From: Bacillota bacterium
GTDB taxonomy: Bacteria > Bacillota > JAAYKD01
Direction: 5' to 3'
DNA: 64,000 nucleotides
NCBI GenBank assembly: GCA_963666425.2
Contig: OY762825.2
Span: 1,632,001-1,696,000, forward strand
Shown here: positions 1-8,949 of the stretch, piece by piece
Layout: each line of letters starts with the position of its first letter
How positions within the stretch are numbered: position 1 is the stretch's first letter
Made by a program: the position numbers and the translations under genes
The notes under the pieces: model-generated
The model's database searches: none
What the model was told of the DNA's origin: nothing
Seen by the model: only the letters and a program-made list of their open reading frames with translations

Positions 1-101
1 GCTTCGGCAATCAAAGTGACTTGATCCAAAACATCCCGCTCATCCGGCGCAGCGGATGCATTGACCTGATTGTATAAAATCGGCACCAAGCCTCTGCTCA
101 T
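1..101 (-). CDS. Second D-Ala-D-Ala ligase-like ATP-grasp protein, N-terminus only (runs off window)
   Basis: Not in ORF track. Hand translation from ATG 101 gives MSRGLVPILYNQVNASAAPDERDVLDQVTLIAEA. ATGA overlap with the stop of the upstream ddl-like gene. Resembles the N-terminus of the partner gene in tandem ddl-like pairs. Confidence 0.6.
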   Translation of the reverse strand, partial: MSRGLVPILYNQVNASAAPDERDVLDQVTLIAE

Positions 102-1087
102 AAAGTGACCCCGCTGTCGATTTTTTTCAAAGCAGAGTCCACAATCATGCCGATCAATGCCTGATAACTGATCCCGTTTAATTGGCATAAAATCGGTAAG
201 TCGGAATAATGCGGGTTGAGTCCTGCCAGAGGATTGACTTCCAGAAAATTCGGGATCCCTTCGGCGTCCATCTTCAAATCAATCCGACCGCCGTCCCGGC
301 AGCCCAAACCACGCCATACCTGCAGAGCGACAGCCGTACATTGCTCACGCAGTTCACCTGTCACCAGGCTGTATTTTACTTTTTCCAGATAATTAATTTT
401 CGTTTGATAGGAATATCCCTCTGCCCAATCCGCTTCATTCAGCAAAATTTCCATGACGCCGAGCGCTCTTGCTTCGTTGCCGGTTCCTGCGATACCAACC
501 GTAAATTCGCGGCCGGGCAAGTATTGTTCCACCAAGACAGGCTGATCGAAATTGGCCAACAGCAGCAGGCAGGCCTCCTGCAATTCTGCCTGCGTTTGTA
601 CTGCCGAATGCCGTCCGATGCCTTTGCTGGAACCTTCCGCAACCGGCTTGACAAACATCGGAAAGCCAAATTCGCAGACTTCAATCGTATCGCCCCGTTG
701 GAAAACTTCAAATTGCGGGGTGGCAATCCCCATATCGCGGATGATTCTTTTGGTAGCTGCTTTGTGTAAAGCCAAGGCTAAAACCAAGGGATCAGAAAAA
801 GTATAAGGAATGGCATAAGCATCAAGCAGCGCCGGTACCTGTGCTTCTCTGCTGAGACCATGCAGCCCTTCGGCAATATTAAAAACCAAATCCCAGCGCT
901 GTCCTTCGGCTAACTGCCGAACCAAATTTTTAATATTGCCGATCCGGACTGTTTCATAACCGAAAGCATGCAATGCTTCTTCCAATGCTTCGATGGTTTC
1001 CGGTTCATCAAGCTCAGCAGTTTCTTCTTTGGAATATCCCGCATTGAGATATTCGCGGCGAAGATCAAATGTGATGCCTATTCGCAT
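98..1087 (-). CDS. D-alanine-D-alanine ligase-like ATP-grasp protein
   Basis: Motifs VFNIAEG, FVKPVAEGSSKG, EQYLPGREFTVG, RIDLK, FLEVNPLAGL. Confidence 0.85.
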   Translation of the reverse strand: MRIGITFDLRREYLNAGYSKEETAELDEPETIEALEEALHAFGYETVRIGNIKNLVRQLAEGQRWDLVFNIAEGLHGLSREAQVPALLDAYAIPYTFSDPLVLALALHKAATKRIIRDMGIATPQFEVFQRGDTIEVCEFGFPMFVKPVAEGSSKGIGRHSAVQTQAELQEACLLLLANFDQPVLVEQYLPGREFTVGIAGTGNEARALGVMEILLNEADWAEGYSYQTKINYLEKVKYSLVTGELREQCTAVALQVWRGLGCRDGGRIDLKMDAEGIPNFLEVNPLAGLNPHYSDLPILCQLNGISYQALIGMIVDSALKKIDSGVTL

Positions 1088-1515
1088 CAATGCCTACCAC
1101 CCTTCGTGATCTTTCTGATTCATGATCTTTTTTAACTGAATGTAAGCAATTTCAAAATACCAACCGGTATTTCCTTCTGAAATTGTCTTTTCCGATTTCT
1201 AAAACTTGCTCTATCCTAACAAATTTAGCACCCGAATACAATAGGAAAAACGAGAAAATCCACAGCTTTTTTTCACATTTTGCAGAGAAAACTCTTACCT
1301 GCAAACGAGGTTACCCGTGCTGAACAGAGAAAGAAAAGTCCTGCCAACTACAAACTTGCAGAAGCACTTTGGCAGAATTGGATGAGATTGGCTGCCCTCC
1401 TGCCCGACATTCAGCCGGTTTGGCGTCATCAGGAGGTGAGGAGATAAAGGGAAACTCAAAACCTTACTCGAATTAAACAAACAATGCGTCAGTTCAGAAC
1501 AAAGAAGGTGTTTTC

Positions 1516-2430
1516 ATGCCGGATAAGCTTTCCTTGATTCGGGATATCCCCTCCTTCCCCGAATGGAGCCAGATCACCGAATTGCACGGCGGCAACTCCA
1601 AGGAATTCAAGTTTCGCCTGCAGAATGCCGATGGGCAGCTTTGCACGCTGCGCGTGACATCGATTGATCGTTTTCAGCTTGAACAACAGGAATATGCCAA
1701 TCTGACCCGACTGGCGCCTTTTGATCTGCCCATGCCAAAGCCATTGCAATTTGGGCTCTGCAACGGCGGCAATCATCTCTATATGCTGTTGAGTTGGATT
1801 GAAGGTAAAACTGTAGCCGATTTACTGCCCTTGCGGACGGAAGCGGAGCAATACGAGCTTGGTTTGAAAGCCGGCTCTCTGCTCGCGCGCCTGCACCACC
1901 TGTCCGTGATTCCCTCATCGATCGATTGGAAACGGCATTATTCAGAAATCGTCGACAAGATTCTCGGCAGCTATTGGATCAGCGGCATTGTTTTAGACAA
2001 TGAGAAGATTGGCCTGGACTACCTGCGTAACCATAAAGATTTATTGGAAGGCAGACCCTTAGTGGTGAAACACGGAGATTATCATGCCGCCAACTTGATA
2101 TTAACACCGGAAAACACGATGGCGATGATCGATTTTGACCGCTGCGTGATCAGTGACCCTTACGAAGAATTTGCCATTTTGGTTTGGACAGCAGCCAAAC
2201 ACCCGGCCTTTGCCAAAGGGCAGATTGCCGGTTATTTCAACGGACCGATACCAACTGACTTTTTCCCCTTATTGGCTTACTATATTACCGTTTATGCCTT
2301 TGAACATGTCACTTGGGCGCTGGGTTATGGTAAAAACAGTCCTGCCTTGATCAAAAAAACCGCCGAGGATTTGCTCGACCTGTTTGAAGGTTATCGGCAG
2401 CCTTTGCCGCGCTGGTATCGCAATTCCTAA
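1516..2430 (+). CDS. Aminoglycoside phosphotransferase (APH)/choline-kinase family protein
   Basis: Brenner motif HGDYHAAN and IDFD; RBS AAGGTG. Confidence 0.85.
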   Translation: MPDKLSLIRDIPSFPEWSQITELHGGNSKEFKFRLQNADGQLCTLRVTSIDRFQLEQQEYANLTRLAPFDLPMPKPLQFGLCNGGNHLYMLLSWIEGKTVADLLPLRTEAEQYELGLKAGSLLARLHHLSVIPSSIDWKRHYSEIVDKILGSYWISGIVLDNEKIGLDYLRNHKDLLEGRPLVVKHGDYHAANLILTPENTMAMIDFDRCVISDPYEEFAILVWTAAKHPAFAKGQIAGYFNGPIPTDFFPLLAYYITVYAFEHVTWALGYGKNSPALIKKTAEDLLDLFEGYRQPLPRWYRNS

Positions 2431-2483
2431 AACAGAATCGCAGCCCCGCACTGTTTACCCTATACTTCTGTTTCGCACAACAT

Positions 2484-2528
2484 AAAAGACCCCCTCCGCA
2501 TTTTATGATGCAGACGGGGATCTTTTTA
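2484..2528. terminator. Probable bidirectional intrinsic terminator
   Basis: AAAAGACCCC...GGGGATCTTTTT imperfect stem between convergent genes. Confidence 0.55.
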
Positions 2529-2542
2529 CTTTAGCGTTTGAA

Positions 2543-3373
2543 TCAGACATTGCCAAGCAGCACATGCCGGAGTCGCTTTTGAGCGACAGCAGCTAATTTC
2601 TGCAGAACTCCTAAGTCGGTTGGCTCTAGATCTAACCGGTTGCGATGCGGGAAGAACCGCGTGATGTGCAGCGGGATCTCATCGTCGAGCTCCGCCACCC
2701 AGGCGGAAAGCTGACGCATCTCTTCCTCTGTATCGTTTTCACCGGGAACGATCAGCGTTGTCAATTCCACATGAGCATTCTGCCAAGCCTGTCGGATAAA
2801 TTGCAAAACCGTCTGTAAATCGCCGCCCAGTTTGCGATAGTACGCCTCACTAAAGCCCTTCAAATCGATATTGAGGGCATCCAGATAGGGCAGCACCTGC
2901 CGCAGCGTCTCTGCAGTGACCGAGCCATTGGTCACCAGCACATTCTGCAGACCGAGCCCCCTGACTTCTTTGGCGGTATCACGCACATATTCATAACCGA
3001 TCATCGGCTCATTATAGGTGTAGGCCACCCCGATATTATCCTTTGGAATCAGCACTTGCGCCAGCTGAGCCAATCGCTGCGGCGAATAATATTCCGTCTC
3101 AACCTGCCCAATGCCCGCCATGGAGATGGCATCATTCTGACAAAACGGGCAATCCAGATTGCAGCCGAAGCTGCCGACTGATAAAATTTGACTGCCCGGA
3201 TGAAAGAAAGCGAGCGGTTTTTTCTCAATGGGATCCAGCGCCAGAGAAGTGAGCAAACCATAATTGATCGATACACTCTTACCCAACTCATTCCTGCGCG
3301 CCTTGCAGAGCCCGGTCTGTCCCGGCTCGAGTGCGCAATGATGCATACAAACCGGGCAAATGATCCTAGACAT
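2543..3373 (-). CDS. amrS: AmmeMemoRadiSam system radical SAM enzyme
   Basis: N-terminal CPVCMHHC...C zinc-like motif, DPIEKKPL, CNLDCPFC radical SAM motif, YTYNEP; overlaps the amrA-like gene. Confidence 0.88.
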   Translation of the reverse strand: MSRIICPVCMHHCALEPGQTGLCKARRNELGKSVSINYGLLTSLALDPIEKKPLAFFHPGSQILSVGSFGCNLDCPFCQNDAISMAGIGQVETEYYSPQRLAQLAQVLIPKDNIGVAYTYNEPMIGYEYVRDTAKEVRGLGLQNVLVTNGSVTAETLRQVLPYLDALNIDLKGFSEAYYRKLGGDLQTVLQFIRQAWQNAHVELTTLIVPGENDTEEEMRQLSAWVAELDDEIPLHITRFFPHRNRLDLEPTDLGVLQKLAAVAQKRLRHVLLGNV

Positions 3374-4760
3374 GACGTACCACCTCAAATCTTTGCAGAC
3401 TAACCGTCTGCTTTTCAGTTATGCCGGCTTTCTGTTTCGCGATGGCGATCTGCTCCTCTACGCTGTCGACACCGTCCAGATTCGGCAACAGCAAACCCAA
3501 TTGCCGGCCGCTTCGCACAATCACACCATAACGTTTGACATCCAGCTGCTGCGCAGAAGCGATCTCCTCCGCTGCGCTCAAAACATCCACGCTGTATTCC
3601 AGTTCCGCTAATTCGGCTGCATTCACCGCCTGGAAGCGGGGATCCCGTGTGGCTGCGCTGATCGCATTCTGAATAATTTCCTGGGCAATCGAGGCGGTTG
3701 TCGGCGTGATCGTGCCGATACAGCCGCGCAGCTGACCGTTTTTATGCAGAGAAACAAAAGTAGCTGCTCTGGTTTGCAGCATCTCTGCCGGTAAATCCCG
3801 AGGGAGTGGCAGGATCGTATGGTGCAGAAGGTAGGCTTCCAAGGTTTGCCGCGCCAGATGCACATACGCATCTTCGGCTGCTTTCGCTTTTTGCAGCTTC
3901 GCTTCGGTTTTTTGCAAGATTGCCTCGAGAAAATGCCTGCTTTCGTCCCTGGCGAGAGGCAAGAAACTGCAAACACCGTAACCGACTCCGAAGGGACCTT
4001 CATAGGAAAGCTGCTCTGCCTGAACAGCAAATCCGTCCAAAGCGCCGGCCATGATCACAAAGGAACGCTGACCGCATTCCGCCGCTTTTTCGCAGAAGCT
4101 TTCCTCAAATTCGAATAATTCCGCAAAATCCCCCTGCCGCATCACACGCATGATCCGCTGATCGTAAAGCAGACCTTCCGCAGCAAAACCGTAAGGGCCA
4201 TCCCGCTTTAACTTATGCGATAAATCTCCGCTGGCAATCAGAGCCACTCTGCGGCCTAAGCGATCAGCGGCTCTGGCAATCTGCATACCAAGACGGTAAT
4301 GCTCCGCCACCGGTAGACCGGATAAACCAATTCGCACAATTTTACAGGGGAGCTCGCCGTTGTTGCCTTGCTGCAGAAAATACAGCGGCACCAGGGTGGC
4401 ATGATCCAATGCCTGCTCCCGCTCTCCCAAAGTGCCGGCTGCCGGTCCGTTTTGTGCGCAAAGCCGGCTTAATTCCGTCACCAATTCGCTGTCATATTCC
4501 GCTGTGATGCGAATTTCTTTGGCAGCAAAACGACCAAAATCACCGGAAGCGCACTGTCCCGGTGAGATATGAAAATAATCAGAATAAAGTATGCTGTGCG
4601 GAGAGATGATCACAATCGTATCCGGCTTCGCTGCCAGGATCAGCCGGGTTGCCTTTTGATAAGCATCGACTGTTTTTTCAATCTTTTCTTGCTCGCCATG
4701 CCCGATCGCCGGAATGATCAGCGGCGGATGCGGAACCATGATTGCTGCGATGATACTCAT
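3366..4760 (-). CDS. amrA: AmmeMemoRadiSam protein: Memo/LigB-like domain fused to AMMECR1 domain
   Basis: PHPP, LDH, ASGDLSH and AAECG (Memo/LigB-like); ATFVSL...LRGCIGT and DPRF (AMMECR1). Confidence 0.88.
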   Translation of the reverse strand: MSIIAAIMVPHPPLIIPAIGHGEQEKIEKTVDAYQKATRLILAAKPDTIVIISPHSILYSDYFHISPGQCASGDFGRFAAKEIRITAEYDSELVTELSRLCAQNGPAAGTLGEREQALDHATLVPLYFLQQGNNGELPCKIVRIGLSGLPVAEHYRLGMQIARAADRLGRRVALIASGDLSHKLKRDGPYGFAAEGLLYDQRIMRVMRQGDFAELFEFEESFCEKAAECGQRSFVIMAGALDGFAVQAEQLSYEGPFGVGYGVCSFLPLARDESRHFLEAILQKTEAKLQKAKAAEDAYVHLARQTLEAYLLHHTILPLPRDLPAEMLQTRAATFVSLHKNGQLRGCIGTITPTTASIAQEIIQNAISAATRDPRFQAVNAAELAELEYSVDVLSAAEEIASAQQLDVKRYGVIVRSGRQLGLLLPNLDGVDSVEEQIAIAKQKAGITEKQTVSLQRFEVVRHV

Positions 4761-5014
4761 TTTGCTTCTCCTTTCGCAAAATAAACTGCCATAAGGTTCA
4801 AGAAGTTGATTCTAAATAGATTGGATCATAGAAATAACGCTGGACCAAACCTCAGCGTCTTTTATTTATTTGGCGTCCGAGAACCAATGAGGATAAATTC
4901 TAGAAACTGTCTCACTCTTCCTTGTTTGCAGCCAGGAAGGAAAAAATTACCGCAACAGCGTATTAATTAAGAGGATCTACCCGACCTAAGCAACCACTTG
5001 AAAGGAGCCATTCG

Positions 5015-5410
5015 ATGCCAAACACAAACCAGCAGGAAAAAGAACTCAGCATTCGGCTTTCTTCTGTCGTTTTAGATTGCCGGGATGCCAATCAACTAGC
5101 CGATTTTTATGCCGCCCTGCTTGGCTGGGAAAAACACAGCCAAGATCCTGAATGGATTTTTGTCAAGCAAAAAGATCGTTATCCGCTTCTTTTATTTCAA
5201 CAAACCAACGAGTATCTTGCACCGGTCTGGCCGGATACGCCTGATCAGCAACAGAAGAGCGTCCACTTGGATTTTGGTGTTTCTGACCTGGAGCAAGCGG
5301 TAAAACATGCGCTGCAATGCGGCGCCAAGAAAGCGGAAGTGCAATATTCCGATCACTGGATGGTGATGATCGATCCTGCCGGGCATCCCTTTTGCCTGGT
5401 AAAGAACTAG
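5015..5410 (+). CDS. VOC/glyoxalase family protein
   Basis: VVLDC..LADFY..LLGW, HLDF, DPAGHPFCL; RBS AAAGGAG. Confidence 0.88.
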   Translation: MPNTNQQEKELSIRLSSVVLDCRDANQLADFYAALLGWEKHSQDPEWIFVKQKDRYPLLLFQQTNEYLAPVWPDTPDQQQKSVHLDFGVSDLEQAVKHALQCGAKKAEVQYSDHWMVMIDPAGHPFCLVKN

Positions 5411-5426
5411 GAGAGACCCATTTTTT

Positions 5427-5472
5427 AAAAAAGCGATTGATCCAAAGTAAAATTTGGATCAATCGCTTTTTT
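5427..5472. terminator. Bidirectional intrinsic terminator
   Basis: 20-bp perfect inverted repeat AAAAAAGCGATTGATCCAAA/TTTGGATCAATCGCTTTTTT between convergent genes. Confidence 0.85.
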
Positions 5473-5474
5473 AA

Positions 5475-6617
5475 TTAATATCGAAAGAGCGCTGCGATGC
5501 CGCTGATTCCGGGCATTTTTTCCTTCGGCAGGACGACAACTTCCCCTTTATCCTGTAGAATATTCTTGATCAATGCATCCAGCACATTGCCATAACCGGC
5601 TTGGTCGCTGGTCCCGAATTTCAATTTACCGGTCGTCTCATCAAACTTACCGAGGATCACCTTACCGTCTTCCACGATCAATTTCTTGACTTTCTTTAAA
5701 TAGACGGCATCTGCAATATCTTCCGGAAAATCAGAGCCTTTACCGCTGGCCTGTGCCGCTTGGAAAGCTTCCACCAAGGTCTTTGTCTTGGCCAAATAGG
5801 AAGACAAAACTATATTCCAGGCGCCTTCCCGCAGCTGCTCTTTATTCAAAGCATCCGGCGAGACTTCGATCCCCTCCTTCATCAGATAGGGATTATTGCT
5901 GAGCGCTTTAAATTCGCCTTGATATTCCGTTAAGGAAACCAGAACCAAGGGGAGTTTCATTGTTTTTGAATAATTTTCCAAAACAAATTTGTCTATATAG
6001 CGGAAGAACTTCTCCAAGTCCTTTTCGTTCTCATCATTCTTGCCGCCGTGACCGTAAAATACCGAACTGCCACCGGCTTGACTCGATCTTTGCCCCAGAG
6101 ACGGCTCTGAGAGGGTGGCACCGAGAATCTCGTTCATGGTAGTCGGTGTAGCCGCCGGTAATTCCAATGGCTTGATTTCATAGCGATTGCCCTGATAGAG
6201 AGAAAATTCACTGCCGCCTAAACCGAGCAGGAGATACTGATCGGAAGATTGAAAGGCTCTGATCAGCGGCATAATATGAAAATCATTCGCCACAACCGCC
6301 AGATTCGGCATCGTTCTGGAGAGACTGTAAACGATACATTTTTCCGGATTGGCCAGCACGGCAATGCCATCGAGGCTATTGTTCCAGAACGCGGCATCCT
6401 CTTTTAAATCGTAAAAGGGCTGCATCAGCGCTGTCGTTTCTGTCAGGTTATATTTCCGTTCCAGCTCCTGTTCAATGGTTTGGATCAGATTTTTGAACAC
6501 GATCGGATCCTGCTTTTTATCAGGCGAATTTCGATGGGTGGTTTGATACAGTGAAATACATGGTTTTGCGGCAAGAAACATCATGGGATTCGGAAAATCT
6601 TTTACAATTTCAAACAT
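5475..6617 (-). CDS. Bacterial archaeo-eukaryotic release factor (baeRF)-family protein
   Basis: PCISLYQTTH, FWN...GIAV, FHIMPL, FYGHG, C-terminal IAALFRY; RBS GGAGG supports start at 6617. Confidence 0.75.
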   Translation of the reverse strand: MFEIVKDFPNPMMFLAAKPCISLYQTTHRNSPDKKQDPIVFKNLIQTIEQELERKYNLTETTALMQPFYDLKEDAAFWNNSLDGIAVLANPEKCIVYSLSRTMPNLAVVANDFHIMPLIRAFQSSDQYLLLGLGGSEFSLYQGNRYEIKPLELPAATPTTMNEILGATLSEPSLGQRSSQAGGSSVFYGHGGKNDENEKDLEKFFRYIDKFVLENYSKTMKLPLVLVSLTEYQGEFKALSNNPYLMKEGIEVSPDALNKEQLREGAWNIVLSSYLAKTKTLVEAFQAAQASGKGSDFPEDIADAVYLKKVKKLIVEDGKVILGKFDETTGKLKFGTSDQAGYGNVLDALIKNILQDKGEVVVLPKEKMPGISGIAALFRY

Positions 6618-6786
6618 TTTATTTTCCCTCCTTATGAACTGAAATTGCGATCGAATCCGCTTCGAACACAGCTCAAGCATATCATGCCGTTTGAAGGATG
6701 TCAATGTTAATCGTAAATGGAACTAAATAAGGTGCCTATTTTAGAATTCATGGCTCGGAAGGCAGAAAAGCCGCTTGACCTGATCT

Positions 6787-7329
6787 TTAGTTCTTATATT
6801 GATTGCCTTCTCTGTAACCCTGCCCGATGCTGCTGCCTATAGAATAATATCGGTTATCCAAGCCATAGAGAATTGTCTGCAAGCCAGATAGATTAGCCAA
6901 ATCAACATCCTGACGGATTATTTGTTGCAGCACTTGCACGACATAAATAACACGCTGTTCTACTTCTACCCGCCGCGCGACTTGGCAAAGCAGAGCCACC
7001 GGCATCGATTCAATCACAGGAAGATCTCTATGCCAAGTATAAGCAAACAATCTCGCTTTATCTGCGGTGCGCCCCGAAACCATTCCACAGTAATCTACCT
7101 CGGCTAACCATTTTTGTTCCGGTAAATTAACGCTAAGCCAACCGGTTTTATCAATCATTTCCCGTGAAAGATGATTTTGATGTAGACTCAACATCAGCAG
7201 GGGGGGATTGATGCCGGCAATCGCTATGTCGCCAATTGTGGTGAAATTCGCTTTTGGCTGATCGGATCCGCAATTAACTCCAATGATAACAATCGGCACC
7301 GGATGCAGCAGCGGCAATATTCTATTCAT
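6787..7329 (-). CDS. Flavin reductase-like FMN-binding protein
   Basis: PVPIVIIG, VNLP, DYCGMVSGR..DK. Confidence 0.8.
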   Translation of the reverse strand: MNRILPLLHPVPIVIIGVNCGSDQPKANFTTIGDIAIAGINPPLLMLSLHQNHLSREMIDKTGWLSVNLPEQKWLAEVDYCGMVSGRTADKARLFAYTWHRDLPVIESMPVALLCQVARRVEVEQRVIYVVQVLQQIIRQDVDLANLSGLQTILYGLDNRYYSIGSSIGQGYREGNQYKN

Positions 7330-8234
7330 AATACCACCTCATATGCAAATCTTCCCTTCGTTTGCCGAGCAATGGCTGCCAGGACGGCGGTACTTCGTTT
7401 TTCGCAAAAAAAGTATCGTAACGAATGCTGCATAAATCCTCCAAGCATATTGGCTTTGTCTGCGCTGCATGTAGATGCAGCGGATAGTTCGTGCCGTTTG
7501 GCAGTGATTGAATTTGATCCTGCCGAAATGTTTTGAGTACGGCAGCTGTGAAAACCGCTTGATGCAGGAAAAGAGTGTTGCTGTATTTCTCGTTCAGCAA
7601 TGCCTGTAGATCCAAACGCGGCAGCAGCCGGCAGAGTGCCGTTCGAGTCAGGCCGAAAATCTGCGAAGTCCGTTGCTGATAAACCATGCCAACATTAAAA
7701 TAAGGGTAGATCCATTCAGCAGAGATACCGGTGCGGACAGGGAATTGTTCCGTAGGATCCAAGGCAAAATACTTCATTAGTATTTGCCAGAGTAAACTGC
7801 GCTCCTCTCCATAGAGATCACCGATATTTCGCTGATCAACTGGATTCAGCCGCAACGCAGCTTTTGAAGTGAATTCTGGTTTTTTTAGAAAAAAACTATC
7901 GATATCGAGCCAGAGCAGTGGACAAGTCGCTTTTTCTTCAAAAGCTGCAGCCGCAAACATTTTGTCAATAAAAGGGATGGCACGAAAGTCCTTTGGCAGA
8001 ACAAAGCGTAATTCCCGTATTCCCTTCAAATCGACAGGACAGGTGTGCTGTAAAACAACAGTTAATTCTGCCTGCGGCAGACAGCGTTGAATTGAGTCAG
8101 CCAAACACTTGTGCATGCGGTAAATAAGCAGGATGTCCCAAAAAGCAACCAATCTGCAGCGGCGGAGGGAGATCTTCAGCAACTTTGGCTTGCGGATTTT
8201 GATCGGAGTTTTCCAAAACCGGTTTTGTTGACAT
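7322..8234 (-). pseudogene. Frameshifted hypothetical protein (possibly glycosyltransferase-like, DxD)
   Basis: Strong RBS GGGAGGTG before ATG 8234 gives a 45-aa frame that stops at 8097. The long frame continues ...LADSIQRCL...WLDIDS...YFNVG. Removing one T at about 8104 joins them. Confidence 0.6.
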
Positions 8235-8466
8235 AACACACCTCCCATTTTTAGTGAAACAAACCGCCTATAGATTCCATATAATTGGTGCATTTCCCTT
8301 TTAATTGGAATCAGTTGAAAAAATTCACTTCCTTTGGTTTTTTGATAAAAGAAGATAACAGAAACAAAATTCACCATCTGTTCATAGATTTCTCTCTCCG
8401 TTCGTGTATAATAAGAAAATATTAATTACTTAATGATTCAATGCTTAAATATTAAGGAGGAAACAA

Positions 8467-8949
8467 ATGGATAATCAATTGAAAGATCAATTGGTTTTAG
8501 CCATGCTCCGCTTAAGAAAAGTGAGTATGGTTTATCCGCAGGAACTCAATATCCGCATGGGAGAACTCTTTTTGATGAACAAGATTGCCAAGAACATCGC
8601 CTGCTGTGAGCAGAATTTTCAGGCATCCGATTTATCGAGCCATCTTTTTATTACAAAACCCGCTGTCTCGCAAATGCTGAATTCGCTTGAAAAAAAAGGT
8701 TACATCAGCCGGGAAATCGACAAAAATGACCGGCGTAAGCGCGCAGTCATGCTGACGGCCGCAGGACAGGAGATTTTGGAAAAGACCAAAGCCTATACCG
8801 ATCATAAGCTGGAAACCACCATTCGCTGCTTCGGCGAGGAAAACACACGGCAATTGATCGCCTTGTTCACCCTGCTTTCCGATATTTCCGAAGATCTCAA
8901 TCAGAAAAACTTACAACCAAAGGTTAAGGGAGAAGATCATCTTGATTAA
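8467..8949 (+). CDS. MarR family transcriptional regulator
   Basis: ITKPAVSQMLNSLEKKGYISR..D..DRR wHTH; RBS AAGGAGG. Confidence 0.92.
   Translation: MDNQLKDQLVLAMLRLRKVSMVYPQELNIRMGELFLMNKIAKNIACCEQNFQASDLSSHLFITKPAVSQMLNSLEKKGYISREIDKNDRRKRAVMLTAAGQEILEKTKAYTDHKLETTIRCFGEENTRQLIALFTLLSDISEDLNQKNLQPKVKGEDHLD

Noticed and set aside
1280-1447. Possible 55-codon ORF or riboswitch in the ddl-APH intergenic region
   Set aside because: TTG start without an RBS, no recognisable motif, and no match to riboswitch consensus sequences I know.
1516-2430. APH gene as a bona fide aminoglycoside resistance determinant
   Set aside because: Only generic kinase motifs are visible, there is no mobile context, and the substrate cannot be inferred.
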